Of a DNA stretch of 64,000 nucleotides, positions 10,801-24,428 are shown piece by piece (within the stretch, counting starts at the first letter, position 1; each line of letters begins with the position of its first letter). The notes under the pieces are model-generated. The model saw only the letters and a list, made by a program, of their open reading frames with translations, did no database searches and was not told the origin of the DNA. Made by a program: the position numbers and the translations under genes. Source of the stretch: Holothuria leucospilota (lineage: Eukaryota). The stretch is taken from positions 30,366,229 through 30,430,228 of the forward strand of contig CM055977.1 in NCBI GenBank assembly GCA_029531755.1. The letters run 5' to 3'.

Positions 10801-13800
10801 TAATAAGATACCAAATGGCAAGTCAAATAATCTGTGGGTGTCAAACAGGAAAATTGAAATAGTTAAATACCATTTACTAGCTAAAAACAGTCAATATTGT
10901 ATAAAATATGTAAAAGTGTAGACCTTTTGACATGTGGAATTGTTGACAAAAATGAAACTGGCTTTTTTCAGGTTTTGGAGAAATCTTTCAAGCTTTTTCC
11001 ATGTTGTTGTTACAAAGGGTCCTAAATCACACTTAACTACGAATTTTCAACCATTAAGGATTTTTCTTTATTCTTTTAAAAGGAATTTTACCCCTGCTTT
11101 GGTGTCCCTGTTATGTTGGTCAATTTACTGGCATGTATATGTTTGAATGAATGTCCTCATGTGTACACAAGGCTCTATGTAAAAATATTTTTAATTTTAG
11201 TAAATGTTGATAATTCTCTATCATGAGTGTACAGTAAATTTCAATCAATAAAGATGATTTTTAAATTTGGACCTTATGTCCCACCACTGGTACCCTAATT
11301 TAGAGAAAGACCCAGTACCTGTAAGTTAGTGTGTAAGCTAGCTAAGCTAGTGTGTCTATCCCTCAACTAGGCTAGGCTAAACTGGGCATAACGATTTGAA
11401 CTTAGACCTTGATTGCATGTAGTACAGTAGCTGTACTACAGGAGCTGAAGTAGTGTGGCAGATTTTGTACGGGCGGAGCCCCCGGACAAAACAGCTAGTG
11501 GAGAACACTGCGTAACAAGAATCCAGTGGTCATCACACATTTACTCGTATGCAGTCAAGACAAGTAATCACAACATGATGACTTCCTACATGTATTACAT
11601 AGGGGCCAATATGATGCACCCTGCACCTTACGTACATATACAGAGTACGAATGCACGCGATCGCTGGAGCACAAACTGGATTAAACCAGTTGATGTTGCC
11701 TGCATGGTCAACTCACGCAAAGTAAACAAGTGTCAGTACTTGTGCTCTGTGGTGCTGCACGTGACGACTACGCACTCTGCAGCTTATAGCTACGTACTAT
11801 CAAACATTGTAGTAAGCACATGCAGGTTGCACAGACTCCCTTGTTAGGCAGCTTAGGCTAAGCCTAATGCAGTATATTCCGGGACCATTTAGACCTTATC
11901 AATATATTGTGAATATGTGTGCGTAAGATTGACAAGAACAAGCAGATTCAAAGATGACATGAGTGAAAAAAGATAGTTTTAATAGAAGGAAAGATGGGCA
12001 AAAGACAGAGAAATTTATAGAGTATTTGTATGGATAAAAACGGACGAAAAATGGGTTTTGTGATTAATTGCTAGTACAGTAGCTTTGTACTAAACGCTTA
12101 TTCCACATGCGATCCTTTAGCGATTAACCGCTACTCAGTCACAGCCCTAAACCCATCATAAACAAGCTCCAAATATGAACATGAATCATTAAAATAAACA
12201 AATTTGAGTGAAGTTAATAAAGAAAATGAAAAATGTTGTGGACATTACAAATTTCTAATGGTATTGAATGTAACGTCCATAACAATTTTCTCAAAATCAT
12301 AATTTTACAATTTTTGGCCCAGTTTTACTATTTCCTCTTCATTAATTGCTCTACTATAAATTTATAGTACAACTGAAATCAAGCAGTTGTATTGTTCTGG
12401 TAAAGGACAAAAATGTATAAATGGCTATGGTAAAATATTGTCCAAAATGTAATTTCCCCAACACTTGTAAGTCTAGTTTTAATTACCAAAACTTTATTTT
12501 TTATCATTCATGGGACAACTCATCATAAGTTAGCGTGAAATATGAGGTATCATTAAAACTGGTTCCTTTTACTGTGTTTTAGGGGAAAAACATGCTAAAA
12601 ACGTTACAGACATCACAGGTTGCATGGAAATGTTTAGCGTAAATTCAATGAACCCCACCCTATCGATGAAAAAGAAATACCAATTGTTTTGTTCTTACTA
12701 TAGAAGTATCATTCCCAAGCATTATTTAAAACTACAAAATATTTATCCTAAACCACTTTTAGGTGATACAGTGGAGACTTCCCTTCAGGACTACAGGATG
12801 TAGTTTTACGGGAAATTTGCAGTTTCTCAGTTTTCCCACACTGGTCATGTATAAATGGTAAAGTAGTGATGACAACAAGTGAAAACAGGTGACAAAAATA
12901 CAGATTCATAAGGTTTAGGTATCCCCTTAACCTGCAGTTGATGAAACAAAATTGTGGAATTAACTTCAAATTTTGACACTGATGTACTCTTGGAATTGCC
13001 CAGATACTGATTCACAGTGGCTCAGATTTAGCTAGAGTGCTTCTAATTTATCTCCTTTTTTCATTTTTATCTCATTACATAACATGTATCGAGATGTTGT
13101 CGCACTAGCCGGCCGCATTGCATAGTTTGTCAGTCGCCTGGAACTTCTTTCACGCACATTTTCAGTTTATTTACTGATTTTACGATGAACCAGCACACAA
13201 CAATTCAGTTTGGTTCAATAATTGGCCTGTGGTGCACAGGCAAAGAATTGAGCAAAAGATCAGCGTAGTGCAAGCAAAATCCCAATGCTCAAGACTCACT
13301 CAAAATATTCAGCTCAGTACACAATTCAGAAAGCACCAAATAATCACCATCTGTTGAAGTAGAGGACACCCCCTGGACCCCAGTGGGGTTTCACCCCCAC
13401 ACCCCAGCGGGGCCTGTGGGTGGCCATACGTTCGGCTTTTCGCTGTATTGTCTGGCTTTTCGGCAGTCCAACGTTACTTGACGCCGGACTTTGATTTGTA
13501 CTCCAGGTTTGTACCGTACTCCTTTTTGAAGATCTGCGAGGACACAGTGACAAAGCTTGCAAATTGCGAATGAAAATGTCAGTTACGAATAATTTTATTC
13601 CTGTCGCATACAATATTTCGACATGAAAAAGGAAAACTGTGGATATATCTCAAAATATAGACGGTACTCATCAGTCACATTCTCAGACGACCATAACTAC
13701 CGTACAATCCTAATTGTGCGGTCAAATTGATTGTTAAAATGACAACCATGTGTAGCGTGGTGGGCATGTAACGCACCTGCATCTGTGTACACAAAGCTGG

Positions 13801-16096
13801 TGTGTGGCATTGACTTGACATGGATAAAGACATTCATGTCCTCCTTTTTAAAAATTTGGAAATGGTCACCCTACCCCTGCACCCCATGTCCAGGCACAAA
13901 GCATTCATCAGCGTGAAGTTTCGAACTTAACAATTAAATTCCTTGTGCAATTAACAAACTATGCAATCTGGCTAGCCGCTTTCTAGCTGTAGCCAAAATT
14001 CTTTCTAACATTGTCATTTTGTAGCTGTTTAGGACCCTATTTGGAGAGCAAGTACTTTTGATGTAGAGGAAAAAGATGTGACCAGTGAATTTTGTACTTG
14101 TTGACTTCGTTGGGATATTTTGGCTGATTAGTGGGCAAAAACTACTGAAAATGAAAACAGAACAATGGCAGCTCATTGTATGTACTCCCATTTCCCATGA
14201 TTTCTTGTGTGCATTTAGTCTGCCATTGAAGCTGGCAGAAATCAGGAGGTCACATTTAGTTCTTTGCACACAGCACTCACATAGGAAACAAATCCTCTAG
14301 AAGGCTGTACAGTGGACAGATAAGATCACACAACCCTTGTGCATGTTTGATTTTAAAATACTGTGATTGATCATTCACAGGTGCTCTGGACACATAACCC
14401 TGTACCTGTACATGCTTACTGAAGGGTGAAATAGCAATTATCAGTGTCACACTTTCTCATGTTGACCATTCATTTTCATTTTCATTTATTTTCCACAAAC
14501 ATCATAAAAATGTAGACAGATATAAATTTACAGAAAGCAGAAAGACCATAACATTGTAGCAGTGCAGAGAGATTGAGGAGATGTTATGATCATGCAAAAA
14601 GGATCATCTTTTGTAGCCAAAATGTTGACCTGGCCAGGCCACTAGGATAAAGCCTTAGCCAGAGATGAGTTCTAATAATTATTGTGTGTGTGACTGTACC
14701 TAACAGCAACTCTGTCTGCTGCTGCCTTTGGCTGATTTCATTTCATGGTATCCTGTGGACAATTTTCTACCCTACTTCATGTACTGCTTACACATATCTG
14801 ATGACCCTTTTATTTCTGACTTGGGAATCATTAGTTAACCTACAATAGATCCAGGGATGTAGTTACGGTGGGCAGTGCTGGGCGGTGACACCCATCACTT
14901 GATATTCCTGCCCAGCAGTCCAGGCAAACACACCTCTCCCCGCCCACCACAAATCTGCCTACCGAGACCTAAAACTAGCCCTAAATTTACTCCCTGAAGT
15001 AAAATGAAGGCAAAATGAAAAGTGAATGGCTGAAAAATGGGTTAGATGCCATGGGGGTGAGGTGAGGTGCTTTCCCCAGATCAGACATTTACCCGGCACT
15101 CAAATTTGGCTAGCTATATCCCTGTATAGATCGTTTTTCCCAAACTCTAAATGCACATTTTTGGTATCTACTGTAGCAATGTTTGTAGCTAACATATGTT
15201 TTGCAATGCAGCTTTGGAATCAATGAAATTCCCCTCCTCTTAATGTTTTGGCCCACAGATAGCATGATCTGGCTTCTTGTTTGCTTTACAAATGACAAAG
15301 TCATAACGGAAAACTTGTGAGATACAAAGTGAATGTGTTTAAAAAACATTTTAAATCAGTAGCTTGGGCTATAATTTGGCCATAAGAATGATGCTTTGTA
15401 CATAAATTATTGATGTTTGATGATAGTATTGAAATACTGCAGCGTAACTGCCCTAGTTTTGAGAACGAGGTCGTGTGATGCTATGTAAGTCTTTGGTAAT
15501 GTGAAAAATGTCTTGGTCCATTTTTAGCTAGATTCCTAACTTAGGCCTTGTCCTAGTCAAACTCGAAGTGGCTGCCTGACTAGCCTAGGAATCTATTTCT
15601 GGCAAGATTCCTGGGTATGTACCTAGCCAAGTAAGTATTTATTTCTTGGCGAAGGGTAATTGGAATTTGCCCGCCCGGCGGACGTGTATTACTCCAGCAC
15701 CTATATTGGCTGCACTCGTAATACAAACGTCTGTAAACTTTCGCAACAATTCTTCGTCAAACTGCATAAATACTGTACCCTCTTAACTATTCATATATAC
15801 GATCACAACAAACAGAATTATAAATATTCAAGAAATAAATGACTAAAGCAAGTCATGATTATCAGGCTGTTTCAAACAACAAATGTCAATGGGGTTTCAG
15901 TGTGTGATTTCGCCTGCTTCAAGCTCACACAATGAAGTCCCATTGACTTACTGTGTAAAAGTGAACATTGTAGCTGACACAGAAGCCTTTTTGTGCAATA
16001 TGAATATTCATTGAAACCAATCAACAGTCAAGAGAGTAAAATTGTATTGGGCTCATAAATATAACAAAATTGGATGATCTCTGTCATTGTTCGCAG

Positions 16097-16149
16097 GTGT
16101 TAGAGTATGTACGCCAAAGAGGAGTACATATTCGACACCAGCTATGAAG
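16097..16149 (+). CDS. Candidate 5' coding exon of MVP (very uncertain)
   Basis: Acceptor 'ttcgcag' at 16090-16096 and donor 'gtaaaa' at 16150. ATG at 16107 reads MYAKEEYIFDTSYE, with weak resemblance of EEYIF to the conserved MVP N-terminus EEFII. Its phase (1) does not join the phase-0 exon at 17867. An alternative in-frame ATG-AAG at 16144-16149 would join in phase. The conserved IRIPPYHYIHVLD segment was not found anywhere in 16150-17866. Confidence 0.2.
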
Positions 16150-17866
16150 GTAAAATTGGAATTGATTTGACTAACCACCTCAGTTGTCTCTAAAATTTAC
16201 CCATGGCTGTAGTGAATTGTAGGCAGTCATGCTCGTAGGGGCACACACTACACTGTGTAACCCTTGAACTGGATGTGTCACGTTTTTCCAGTATACATCA
16301 TAGCCCTTGTGAATGTGATCTGAAACTGGGTAACATTTTTCAACATTGTAAACTTGGGGAAAGTATGAAACTTATGGCTGTGTATTGTAGTATTAAATTG
16401 TATTTATAATCAATTTGTTCTAAGAAGAATTTTAAAAACAGTAAATGAAAATTATTGCGCACACCTTCGATAATGGCAGTGATGTGTTTTAGCATGGGGG
16501 GAGAGACAAGCACATGGCCTGTACATTAAAATTCAAATTTATTTTGTGTGAAGATGGCACATTCTTTTTCTTTAGTGGATGAATTGAGAGAGTACAGTAT
16601 ATACACACTAATGAATTTGTGAGCTGAAACTGTTGTCAAGTTTTCCCTTGAAGGTCGTGTGACATGAAAATAACATAGTTGGATATTTGATGTAAAAAAG
16701 CATTAAATATCCAGAAAATGGCAGCAATTCCCATTAAAATCCATCAAATATTGACCATTTTACAGAGTCATTTCTATTTCACACTTGTATCATGAATAAA
16801 CATGAGCTAAATATGCAAGTATATGACATCGAAAGATGCATATATGGCTCATGTTAGCCTTTGCTTTTTCAACTTTAATTTCAAGGCCACTGGTAGAATT
16901 GTTATCCCCTGAGGGATTTATTATGAACTTAAAATTCTTTCCTTCGGAAACAGAAACATTGATTTCACTTAACAGACTGTAATCTATCTGATCAGTAATT
17001 AAGAGATAATTTATATAGGGTTAACAAAAGAAATTTTAACAATGTGCAACACTCCACATCATTATTTTTGCATAGGTAATGAGTTCCTTCAGAAACTATC
17101 AAATTTTGAAGACGTATATTGTGAGGAAAAAAGGAAAATTCCAACAGATCTTTCATTGGAGGATTTAATTCTTTAACCGACAGCTCTGTTTGGTGGCATA
17201 TCACATGACCTGTAATGCTAAAGTGGATGGGATATGTCTGTCTTTCTTTTGCAATAAAAAGAGGAAAATTGTTTTTACTTACATAATGGTTAGTTGCATG
17301 GTTCCTTCATGTATTATATCTTAAGAAAATTGTAACTTCATATGCTGTTTGGAATAAATTGTCAAATGCATTGAAAAGAAAATACTCAATGTTAAAACTG
17401 TTTGTAATGGACTGTCTGTTTATCATGCCATGAAGCTATGTACGTGTAAATTTTCAGGTCTCACTCTTCAGCTGTCAGTCCTCATTATTCTATTACTCTT
17501 TGAAAAATTCACAAAAAAGTTCTTTAATTTTTCTTTGATGCTCAGAGTTTCTTCAGTAATGTAAAAGAATGTATCCAAAGTGAAATTTTAGAATATTGTT
17601 GATTTGAAAAATTTGTCCATCCCTCACAGAGAAATGGTTCATCCCTCATATCTATTTTAGTTATCACTTTACCCCATGTGCATAGAGAAGTAGAAACAAT
17701 TTTGCTGGCTTTTCAGAGAAGAAAATACTATAATGTAGAAATAATTTGCAGGCAAAATTTTATTATAACTCATCAAGTTGTAAATGACAGGCAAAGTACT
17801 TACTTTGGTTCCTTTTAACTAGATGTATGTTCATTGTTTATTTGATGAGGTGTTTCTTTTTTCCAG

Positions 17867-18000
17867 TCAACAAACATCACCAGGTTAGAAGTTGGACCAC
17901 AGAAGCTTGTTCTCAAGTACAATGAAACCCTAGCAGCAGGTCCATTGAAGCTTATTGTCGTACCACCAGGAAAATACTGCCGGGTGAAAAACCCTGTGAA
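17867..18000 (+). CDS. MVP: MVP exon (STNITRLEVGPQKLVLKYNETLAAGPLKLIVVPPGKYCRVKNPV-)
   Basis: Poly-pyrimidine tract plus AG acceptor at 17851-17866 and gtaagt donor at 18001. Translation aligns to major vault protein repeat 1 (human [45 protein letters not shown]). Confidence 0.85.
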
Positions 18001-18104
18001 GTAAGTTCTTATATGCAAATGCAGTCACTCTGTACCCCTGTGTCCTAATTCATTTATGGTTCTTTTAAATCAGTGACAGTATGTTTTTATTGTGAATTCT
18101 GTAA

Positions 18105-18436
18105 AGGAGATATGGCATCCCCCCAAACCTGGGAGTTACCCCTGCCCAAATATATTTTTATAGGAATAGCCCAAGAGTTCTAAATACAGTTGATGACTGC
18201 ACTTTGACATTCATTCAAACAATAAAGCTTCACTCTGGTTGGTCTGCAATGGTATGTACAGTCAGTTGTGTTAAGCTCACACATGGTCACTGTGTGTCAG
18301 CATATATACTGTATGGCCTCTAGCAAATTACACTCAGTGATGGCTAGGTTACTGTGCCTCTGTCTTGGAGGTGTACTAGACAGGTGCTTTTTGTTTAAAT
18401 TGGAGGAGGGGCTAAAAGTAAGCTTAGTAGGGAGAA
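18105..18436 (+). repeat. Dispersed repeat of about 330 bp, copy 1 (unclassified; SINE or MITE candidate)
   Basis: Alignable to 54240-54577: 'catc.ccccaaacc.gggagtt.cc..tgcc.aaa.atat...aggaatagccc..gagttctaa.tacagttgatga.tgcactttga...ctgtgcctctgtcttggaggtgtactag.caggtg.tttt.gtttaaattggaggagggactaaaagtaa.cttagtaggga'. Confidence 0.7.
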
Positions 18437-19285
18437 TGTTTTTTTTCCAAAAGTCCCGACTCTCTGGCGAAGAGCCAGGGGTGAAAACCAAAACAATACT
18501 CCCGAAGGAGTTCTGCTACCCGATGGAGTAACAACGTCCCCAAGGGACAAACTTTGACTTAACTGACACCACCCGACAGCGGTCCCGTTCAAGACTGGCT
18601 GAATAGAACAGGTCCCACCGCCGTCATGATCATGGATACTCCTGCGCCAGGTAAGTATAGGGAAAATATTACTGTCTGGAATGAGATAAGAGAGCCTTTA
18701 ATGCATACAGAATAAATCCTTGGTTTACCAGGAACTGTAAAGTGTATATCCAGAAATATCAAGAAAGATATAGTGGAGATTATTAAGGTTTAGCAATATT
18801 TTGAAAGAAGGCTGGTTTGACTACTTACTTAGGCTTAAAATGCTTTAAAAATGAAGCAAAATAAAATACCCTGGTACAATGGTGGCAATCATGCAGTCTA
18901 AAATAAAAATGAGGAGAAATAACCTCTGGTTCATTCGTTTGTTATGTAACTTGGTTGGCTGTTGGTTTCCATGACATGGGAATCCCACTAGACCTATGGT
19001 TCCTTAGACTTAAAAGCTAGACTTAAAATCTACTAAGGTTTAGAACTGGGGTTAGGATTAGGGTTAAAAAGAGAATTAGGGTTTGGATTACGATAAGGAT
19101 TCACACCTCGGCATGATACTGGGTGATTTCCATTTTCAGTGATATTGTTCTAAAAAATAATTTGACTAAGTTAGATGTGGGACTGTGGGGAATTTTGCAG
19201 GCTAGGATTTAAACTTTGAATAAAGTTGCTCTGAGAAAATACGTTGAGACTACAGTACCATCTATACTCCTTTTATTCTTCACAG

Positions 19286-19349
19286 AAAATATGAACCTGG
19301 AAAACAATGTGAACTTCACCATGGACATGTGGAAGTACGTCTGAACAAG
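19286..19349 (+). CDS. MVP: MVP exon (KYEPGKQCELHHGHVEVRLNK)
   Basis: Acceptor 'cttcacag' and donor 'gtaaga'. Phase-consistent with the previous exon. Matches MVP ...RLRHADLEIRLAQ. Confidence 0.8.
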
Positions 19350-20804
19350 GTAAGAATGTCAAGCTGTGTATGCAGGACAGTTTTGACTTTAATCTGAAAG
19401 TTTTAGGGGCACATTCACCCCATGGGTATTGCCCTTTGCCACCCCTTCCCCCCTGCTGAATTAAAAAAGAATACTAATGCAAACCCAACTCATTGCCACT
19501 CCCCCTTTTATCTTTTCAGTGAAAAAAAATCCCCAATTCAGAACACTCATCTGTTTCCTTTTTCTACTAGAAAAGAATGCAGGTGATATGTATCACTGAT
19601 ATAGTTCAAAGGTAAACATTTGAAATTCCACATCCAGTTTAGGTTTTGGGCATCCAGAGTTCAAAACTGGTGTCTACACTTTGATTGATGTAACAGTGAG
19701 CAAGTTTAACAAATTTAAACAATGCTTTCAAAGAACAAGCCATTCTGAGTGGATAATGACATGTTCAAATCACTGAAATGTGACTGTGTAGCCTAGGCAC
19801 AGCAGACCATGGAGTTACTACCTCAAAACTCCAAGAGCAGATAGAGTGCTTAGATTACAAGGAGATAGTATTACAAAGTTTCCTCAGCAGAACAGGCCTT
19901 GGGTAGTTAAAATAATACACATGTTAGCCTATTGTATGTCTAGGAGGTGCAAGACATAAAATGGAGGACAGATTACGAGTAAAGTAAGTTAAGAGGACTG
20001 CATCTGTCTGGGACAAGAAATATTTGCTTGTAACAACTAACTTACTTGACCATCAAGTGCAACCATCTCTCTTGCACACTTGTGTCCTTGCTGGAGAATT
20101 TGGTGCTGTCTTAGTATGCACTTCAGGCCCATAGCAAGACAAAATACTAAAAGGGGGCCAGATAACTTCCAGGGGGCAAATATTTTTCAGGGGGCAAGAT
20201 TCACTTAAATGTATTATAGGCCATGATAATTTCTCATTTTCAAGGGAGGTGAAAGCAAGTTTTTCAGGGGGCAACTTCCCACCCCCCAGCCCTCCTTTTA
20301 TCTAAGGACTGGCTGCACATAACTTTAACAGACTCTGATTTTCCCATAATAAACCCACAGTAAAATTCCTATGGTCCCTAAAATTTGTGATTTGTCACCC
20401 AACTTTGATTTGAAAAGAGGGCAAGTTAAACTTTACTTCCAAGTTTGTGAAAGCCACTCAGATGAGTTAACGAAGTGAGAAGAACAGTTGATTAAACATC
20501 CTAGTGGCAGGACAGAGATGAGACAACACTTTCATATTTTCAAATTACATGAAGGCATGAAGTACATTGTTCAGGAAGGTGAGCTGCTGTACATGTAGTT
20601 TCTTCACTCTTCAGTTGCAGACTATTGGCCTTGGAGAAAAACTGCTCAGTAGGAGGTGCTGAGGAAGTTAATGAGATTTTAGGAGGGGCTATAAGTAAAC
20701 ACTTTGAGAATGTGAATTGTTTTGGATGAGTAAATTGGCCTTAAAAAGATTCAGTTGAACTCACTGAGAAGAAAGTATTCTTCTAGTTAATTTGTACTAA
20801 TTCC

Positions 20805-20872
20805 TCCTCCTCCTCCTCCTCCTCCTCCTCCTCCTCCTCCTCCTCCTCCTCCTCCTCCTCCTCCTCCTCCTC
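20805..20872. repeat. (CCT)22 microsatellite
   Basis: Perfect trinucleotide run 'cctcctcct...'. Confidence 0.95.
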
Positions 20873-21169
20873 GTATTAAATATGAAGCTATGTAGCTGTG
20901 TGTATAATGTCACTTAATTAAGAGCTTGGAAATTTTTTCCTTTAATATTGACAGCAGGGAAAATGGACACTAAGTGGTGAAATATTTGGTTTCTTAAAGG
21001 GGCAAACTCGATGGTCACATTTAGGAATGAAACAAAAAGTAGAGTGCTTACAAATCAGAATTCATCAGTGGCTATGGCTTGCATACTACTCATAGCCTGG
21101 AATTGCTGGCAGTAACTTTTTGAGATTGAATACGTTTGTGCTGATTGTGCAGGTTTTGTTTTATTGCAG

Positions 21170-21236
21170 GAGCCATTCCCACTTTATCCAGGAGAAATCT
21201 TGGAAGGAGCTGAAAGATTTGGGATTGATCAATTTG
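21170..21236 (+). CDS. MVP: MVP exon (EPFPLYPGEILEGAERFGIDQF)
   Basis: Acceptor 'ttattgcag' and donor 'gtaggt'. Contains the strongly conserved MVP motif DPFPLYPGE. Confidence 0.85.
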
Positions 21237-21846
21237 GTAGGTGATCAAGTGTGTTTTGTAAGTAAAACAATTATTTTCCACACATAAAAGTGTCCTTGAA
21301 AAGTTGAAATTTAATTTTTTCCAGAGGTGCTGTTTTCGGATTTTCACTGCAAAAGTCACCTTTGCCAATTAAAGAAAAGGGTTGTGATTGCACTTGTAGG
21401 GGTAATTTTGTAGACTTCAGATGTGAATTGCTGGTGCTCTCTCTTATTTCCAGTGCTAGTTTTGTTTTTAGGTATGACAGGTATTGAGCCGTAATACTTA
21501 ATGCTTAGATACTTTAGTTTTATCAACATAACATGGACGAACAGGCCTCTGTTGGATTCCTGTCCCTACAGGGTTGTATTGAAAGGATATTAACATGTGG
21601 CAACAAGATGAGAGAAATCTGTGAAAGGTAAATTTTTTATAAAAGTCAAAAGTTTAAGTAAAACTTTCCTTTGTTGCTGTGGTGGAAAGAAAAAGGAAAA
21701 CTAGAAAGGAATAGTAAAATTACATTTTTATCCCCAGCAGCACATTTGATGGCTATGTTATTCATTGTAGTTGAAAAGAAAAGCACTTCAGTTTGTTTCC
21801 TGCTATTATTTTGAGAAGTATTTTCCATTGTTTTGGATAAATGCAG

Positions 21847-22004
21847 GTTACTCTGGTGCTATCAAGAAGCTACCAGTGGTAAAGTCCAACCAAGCTATTA
21901 GATTATGCTCTGAAATAGATGGTGTAATTGATGGATCACCTCGGAAGGCTGGTGACCTCTGGCAACTTGAAGGTCCACTTACGTATAAGCCAACACCGGA
22001 GGCT
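21847..22004 (+). CDS. MVP: MVP exon (YSGAIKKLPVVKSNQAIRLCSEIDGVIDGSPRKAGDLWQLEGPLTYKPTPEA)
   Basis: Acceptor 'aaatgcag' and donor 'gtgagt'. Matches MVP ...[40 protein letters not shown]. Also present as a six-frame ORF. Confidence 0.88.
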
Positions 22005-23150
22005 GTGAGTTTGAGTACTTTTTGTTCTACTACTAACTGTGGATTGTAAACCTGTGGAGGATCCAGAATTTTTTGAAGGGAGGTGTCCTAAAGTGGGGTG
22101 CTGTATAAGACCAAAGCCATTCACAGCCCCACCCACTGTTACAAGTGAACCATTACATGCATTTAGTCTGGGGTATTAACACAGTTTTACTCAGATTTCT
22201 CCTGCATACACAGAGCTCTTAGCAGGACTGATGACATATATTGGAAAAAATATATAAGAAAAAAGTGGAAAAAGCTATTTTTAGTGCTAGATACAATAAT
22301 ACAATAAGACAAAGGTGCCAATGATCTCATGTCCACATTGATCCTGGCCCTGGAGCCTTTACATTACAATTTCATGCTTAAGATTGATATCAGAGGATCA
22401 CATCTGAATATGTATATTAGTTTACACCACTACCTGGATGTGGAGAGCAGAAGCTGAAGAATTCTCAAGATCCAGATTTGTTTTTTGGTGAACTCCATCC
22501 AAACACTTGGTGAAACTTTTACTCAATTTCTACTTTCAGTTCTGTCAGAGGTATGAGCAGCTAAAGTTATCACATTTTCTAAGAAAAGTATAAAATTTGG
22601 AGCATGCAAGTGTGATGTTATGGCTTCAGATTGATTACCAATGTTTTGGTTTTCTTTAAAACATGTGTACCAGATAAATCCCATGCATTCATAACATGAT
22701 TGCATCCTAAGCAGTGGAATATTGTTAACTTTTAAATTTGTACCTGTTAAATAAATTGCAACCCTAATTAAACCCTCATGATCAAAAAAATAGGTTGAAA
22801 AAGTGCTGGGGGGTAGTGGTGAATAGAGTGCAACATGCCCCCATTTGGCCCTTGAATTGCCATATGCTATAACAAATGATCCTTGTCAATGTGTCCTGGG
22901 CCTATTTCAAGTGATGGTTAACCCCCCTCTCCTCACCCCCACTCCAGTATCAGAACTCATGGCTACATGTTTTTTATGAGTTGTCAGAGTGGTGGTTTTT
23001 AGCATGGAAAATGGTGAGTCTTCTGTTTCCCATTTCAACAGATAAATGTAAATCTAGAATATTTCTTGCTTAAGGTCAGTAGCACTGCCAGCCTTTGTTT
23101 TTTCAAAGAAATATAAAATTTGTCACATAAATTCCTACTTTCTTTTGTAG

Positions 23151-23242
23151 ACTGTGGTTGGAATTGTCGACGCAGAGGTGATTGGAATTAATCAGGCAAT
23201 AAGACTAAGAGCAAAGCAGGAGCTGGTTACAAAGACAGGAGA
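23151..23242 (+). CDS. MVP: MVP exon (TVVGIVDAEVIGINQAIRLRAKQELVTKTG)
   Basis: Acceptor 'tcttttgtag' and donor 'gtaagt'. Matches MVP VVEIIQATIIRQNQALRLRARKE...RVTGEE. Confidence 0.88.
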
Positions 23243-23890
23243 GTAAGTTCTTTGGATGTCATAAATGTAAAAGCTGGTGTGATTCTACTGAGCATTGATA
23301 AACACAAAAGTAATTATCATATCAATAGACCCTTTTCCAAATAGCAATTGCAATGGATTGTGGGATAGAGTTCGGGTAGGCGATGTTGTTGTCAATGGTA
23401 TTTTGCTGTGGCAAAAAATGATGCATGCCAAAATTCTATCCACAATCCTTTGTAATTCCTATTGGGAAAAGAGTCTATGGCTGTCTCAGTTGTAATCATG
23501 GTCCAGATGGAGTCCATCTCAGAAATTAAACAAAGGGAAATCCAGGATACATGTGGAAACAAATCTGAAAGCCTCAGACATTAAAACTGTTGTAAGATTC
23601 TTTTAAACATTTCGTCAGACTTTGATGACATTGTGTTAAAAAGTTAAGTCTGTTCCAAAGCCCAGAAACAACTTCCTTGTTCCTTTGTCACGACGTTACT
23701 ATGCTAAAGCAAGGATCTGCATATTCTTTTGCTTGTGATCCAGAAAGTAATTGTTGTATTGAGGTTGCATAACCCACCTTAATGGACTGAAGTCACAAAA
23801 AAACAAAAAATTAATTCAGATATTTTGTTTTTATAAATTTTTTTGTGAGCACATCTGCCTTCAACTTAAAATCTTTCCTTGATCATACAG

Positions 23891-23960
23891 AGCCAAGTCA
23901 GCTGGTGAGGAGTGGCTGGTGAAGAAAGTGGGATCTTACTTACCTGGTGTGTATGAAGAG
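23891..23960 (+). CDS. MVP: MVP exon ([23 protein letters not shown])
   Basis: Acceptor 'gatcatacag' and donor 'gtgtgt'. Matches MVP [20 protein letters not shown]. Confidence 0.85.
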
Positions 23961-24365
23961 GTGTGTACATTGACCATACTTGCTTGAATAAAAATCTGTT
24001 GAGGATTAATATACCTTCTAAAAGGTTGATCATGCATGTTTCATACAATTTACTTAGCTTTACAAAAATAGTTATGTGGCATGTGCCCTTTTTTAATTAT
24101 TTTATAATGAATTGACAGGTGTAATAAAATTTTAGTTCCCACAGACATCTATTTGGTCACTGCCATGGTCTTAAGTATGACCATTCGTATTTATGTTTTG
24201 TGCTAGTTAATTGAAACTTTGAACAAACTTTGTGGTTTCATCAACGCAAAGTTTCTCACAATCAATTGAGAGCTTGTTTCTTTTCATTAATATATCAGTC
24301 ACCTATGCATTGAGCTAAGTGTTGAATGCTGCCCCTAGCTGAAATATATAAGATAATATAACTAT

Positions 24366-24428
24366 CCCTCCCTTCCCCTCCCCTCCCTTCCCCCCTCCCT
24401 TCCCCCTCCCTTCCCCCTTCCCTCTTCT
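24366..24428. repeat. Polypyrimidine (CCCTCCCTTCCC)n low-complexity tract
   Basis: 'ccctcccttcccctcccctcccttcccccctcccttccccctcccttcccccttccctcttctcc'. Confidence 0.9.

Noticed and set aside
11455-11847. 130-aa + strand ORF (MADFVRAEPPDKTASGEHCVTRIQWSSH...)
   Set aside because: No recognisable domain and no splice-site or homology support. It sits in a region with CCTAGG-type palindromes. It is probably a chance ORF in intergenic sequence, though I cannot exclude a small lineage-specific gene.
18613-18643. ATG ATC ATG GAT ACT CCT GCG CCA G followed by gtaagt, which looks like a start exon with a donor site
   Set aside because: It lies downstream of the first clearly homologous MVP exon (17867-18000), inside the intron that is spliced to 19286. 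Its translation has no MVP similarity and the MVP frame is continuous without it.
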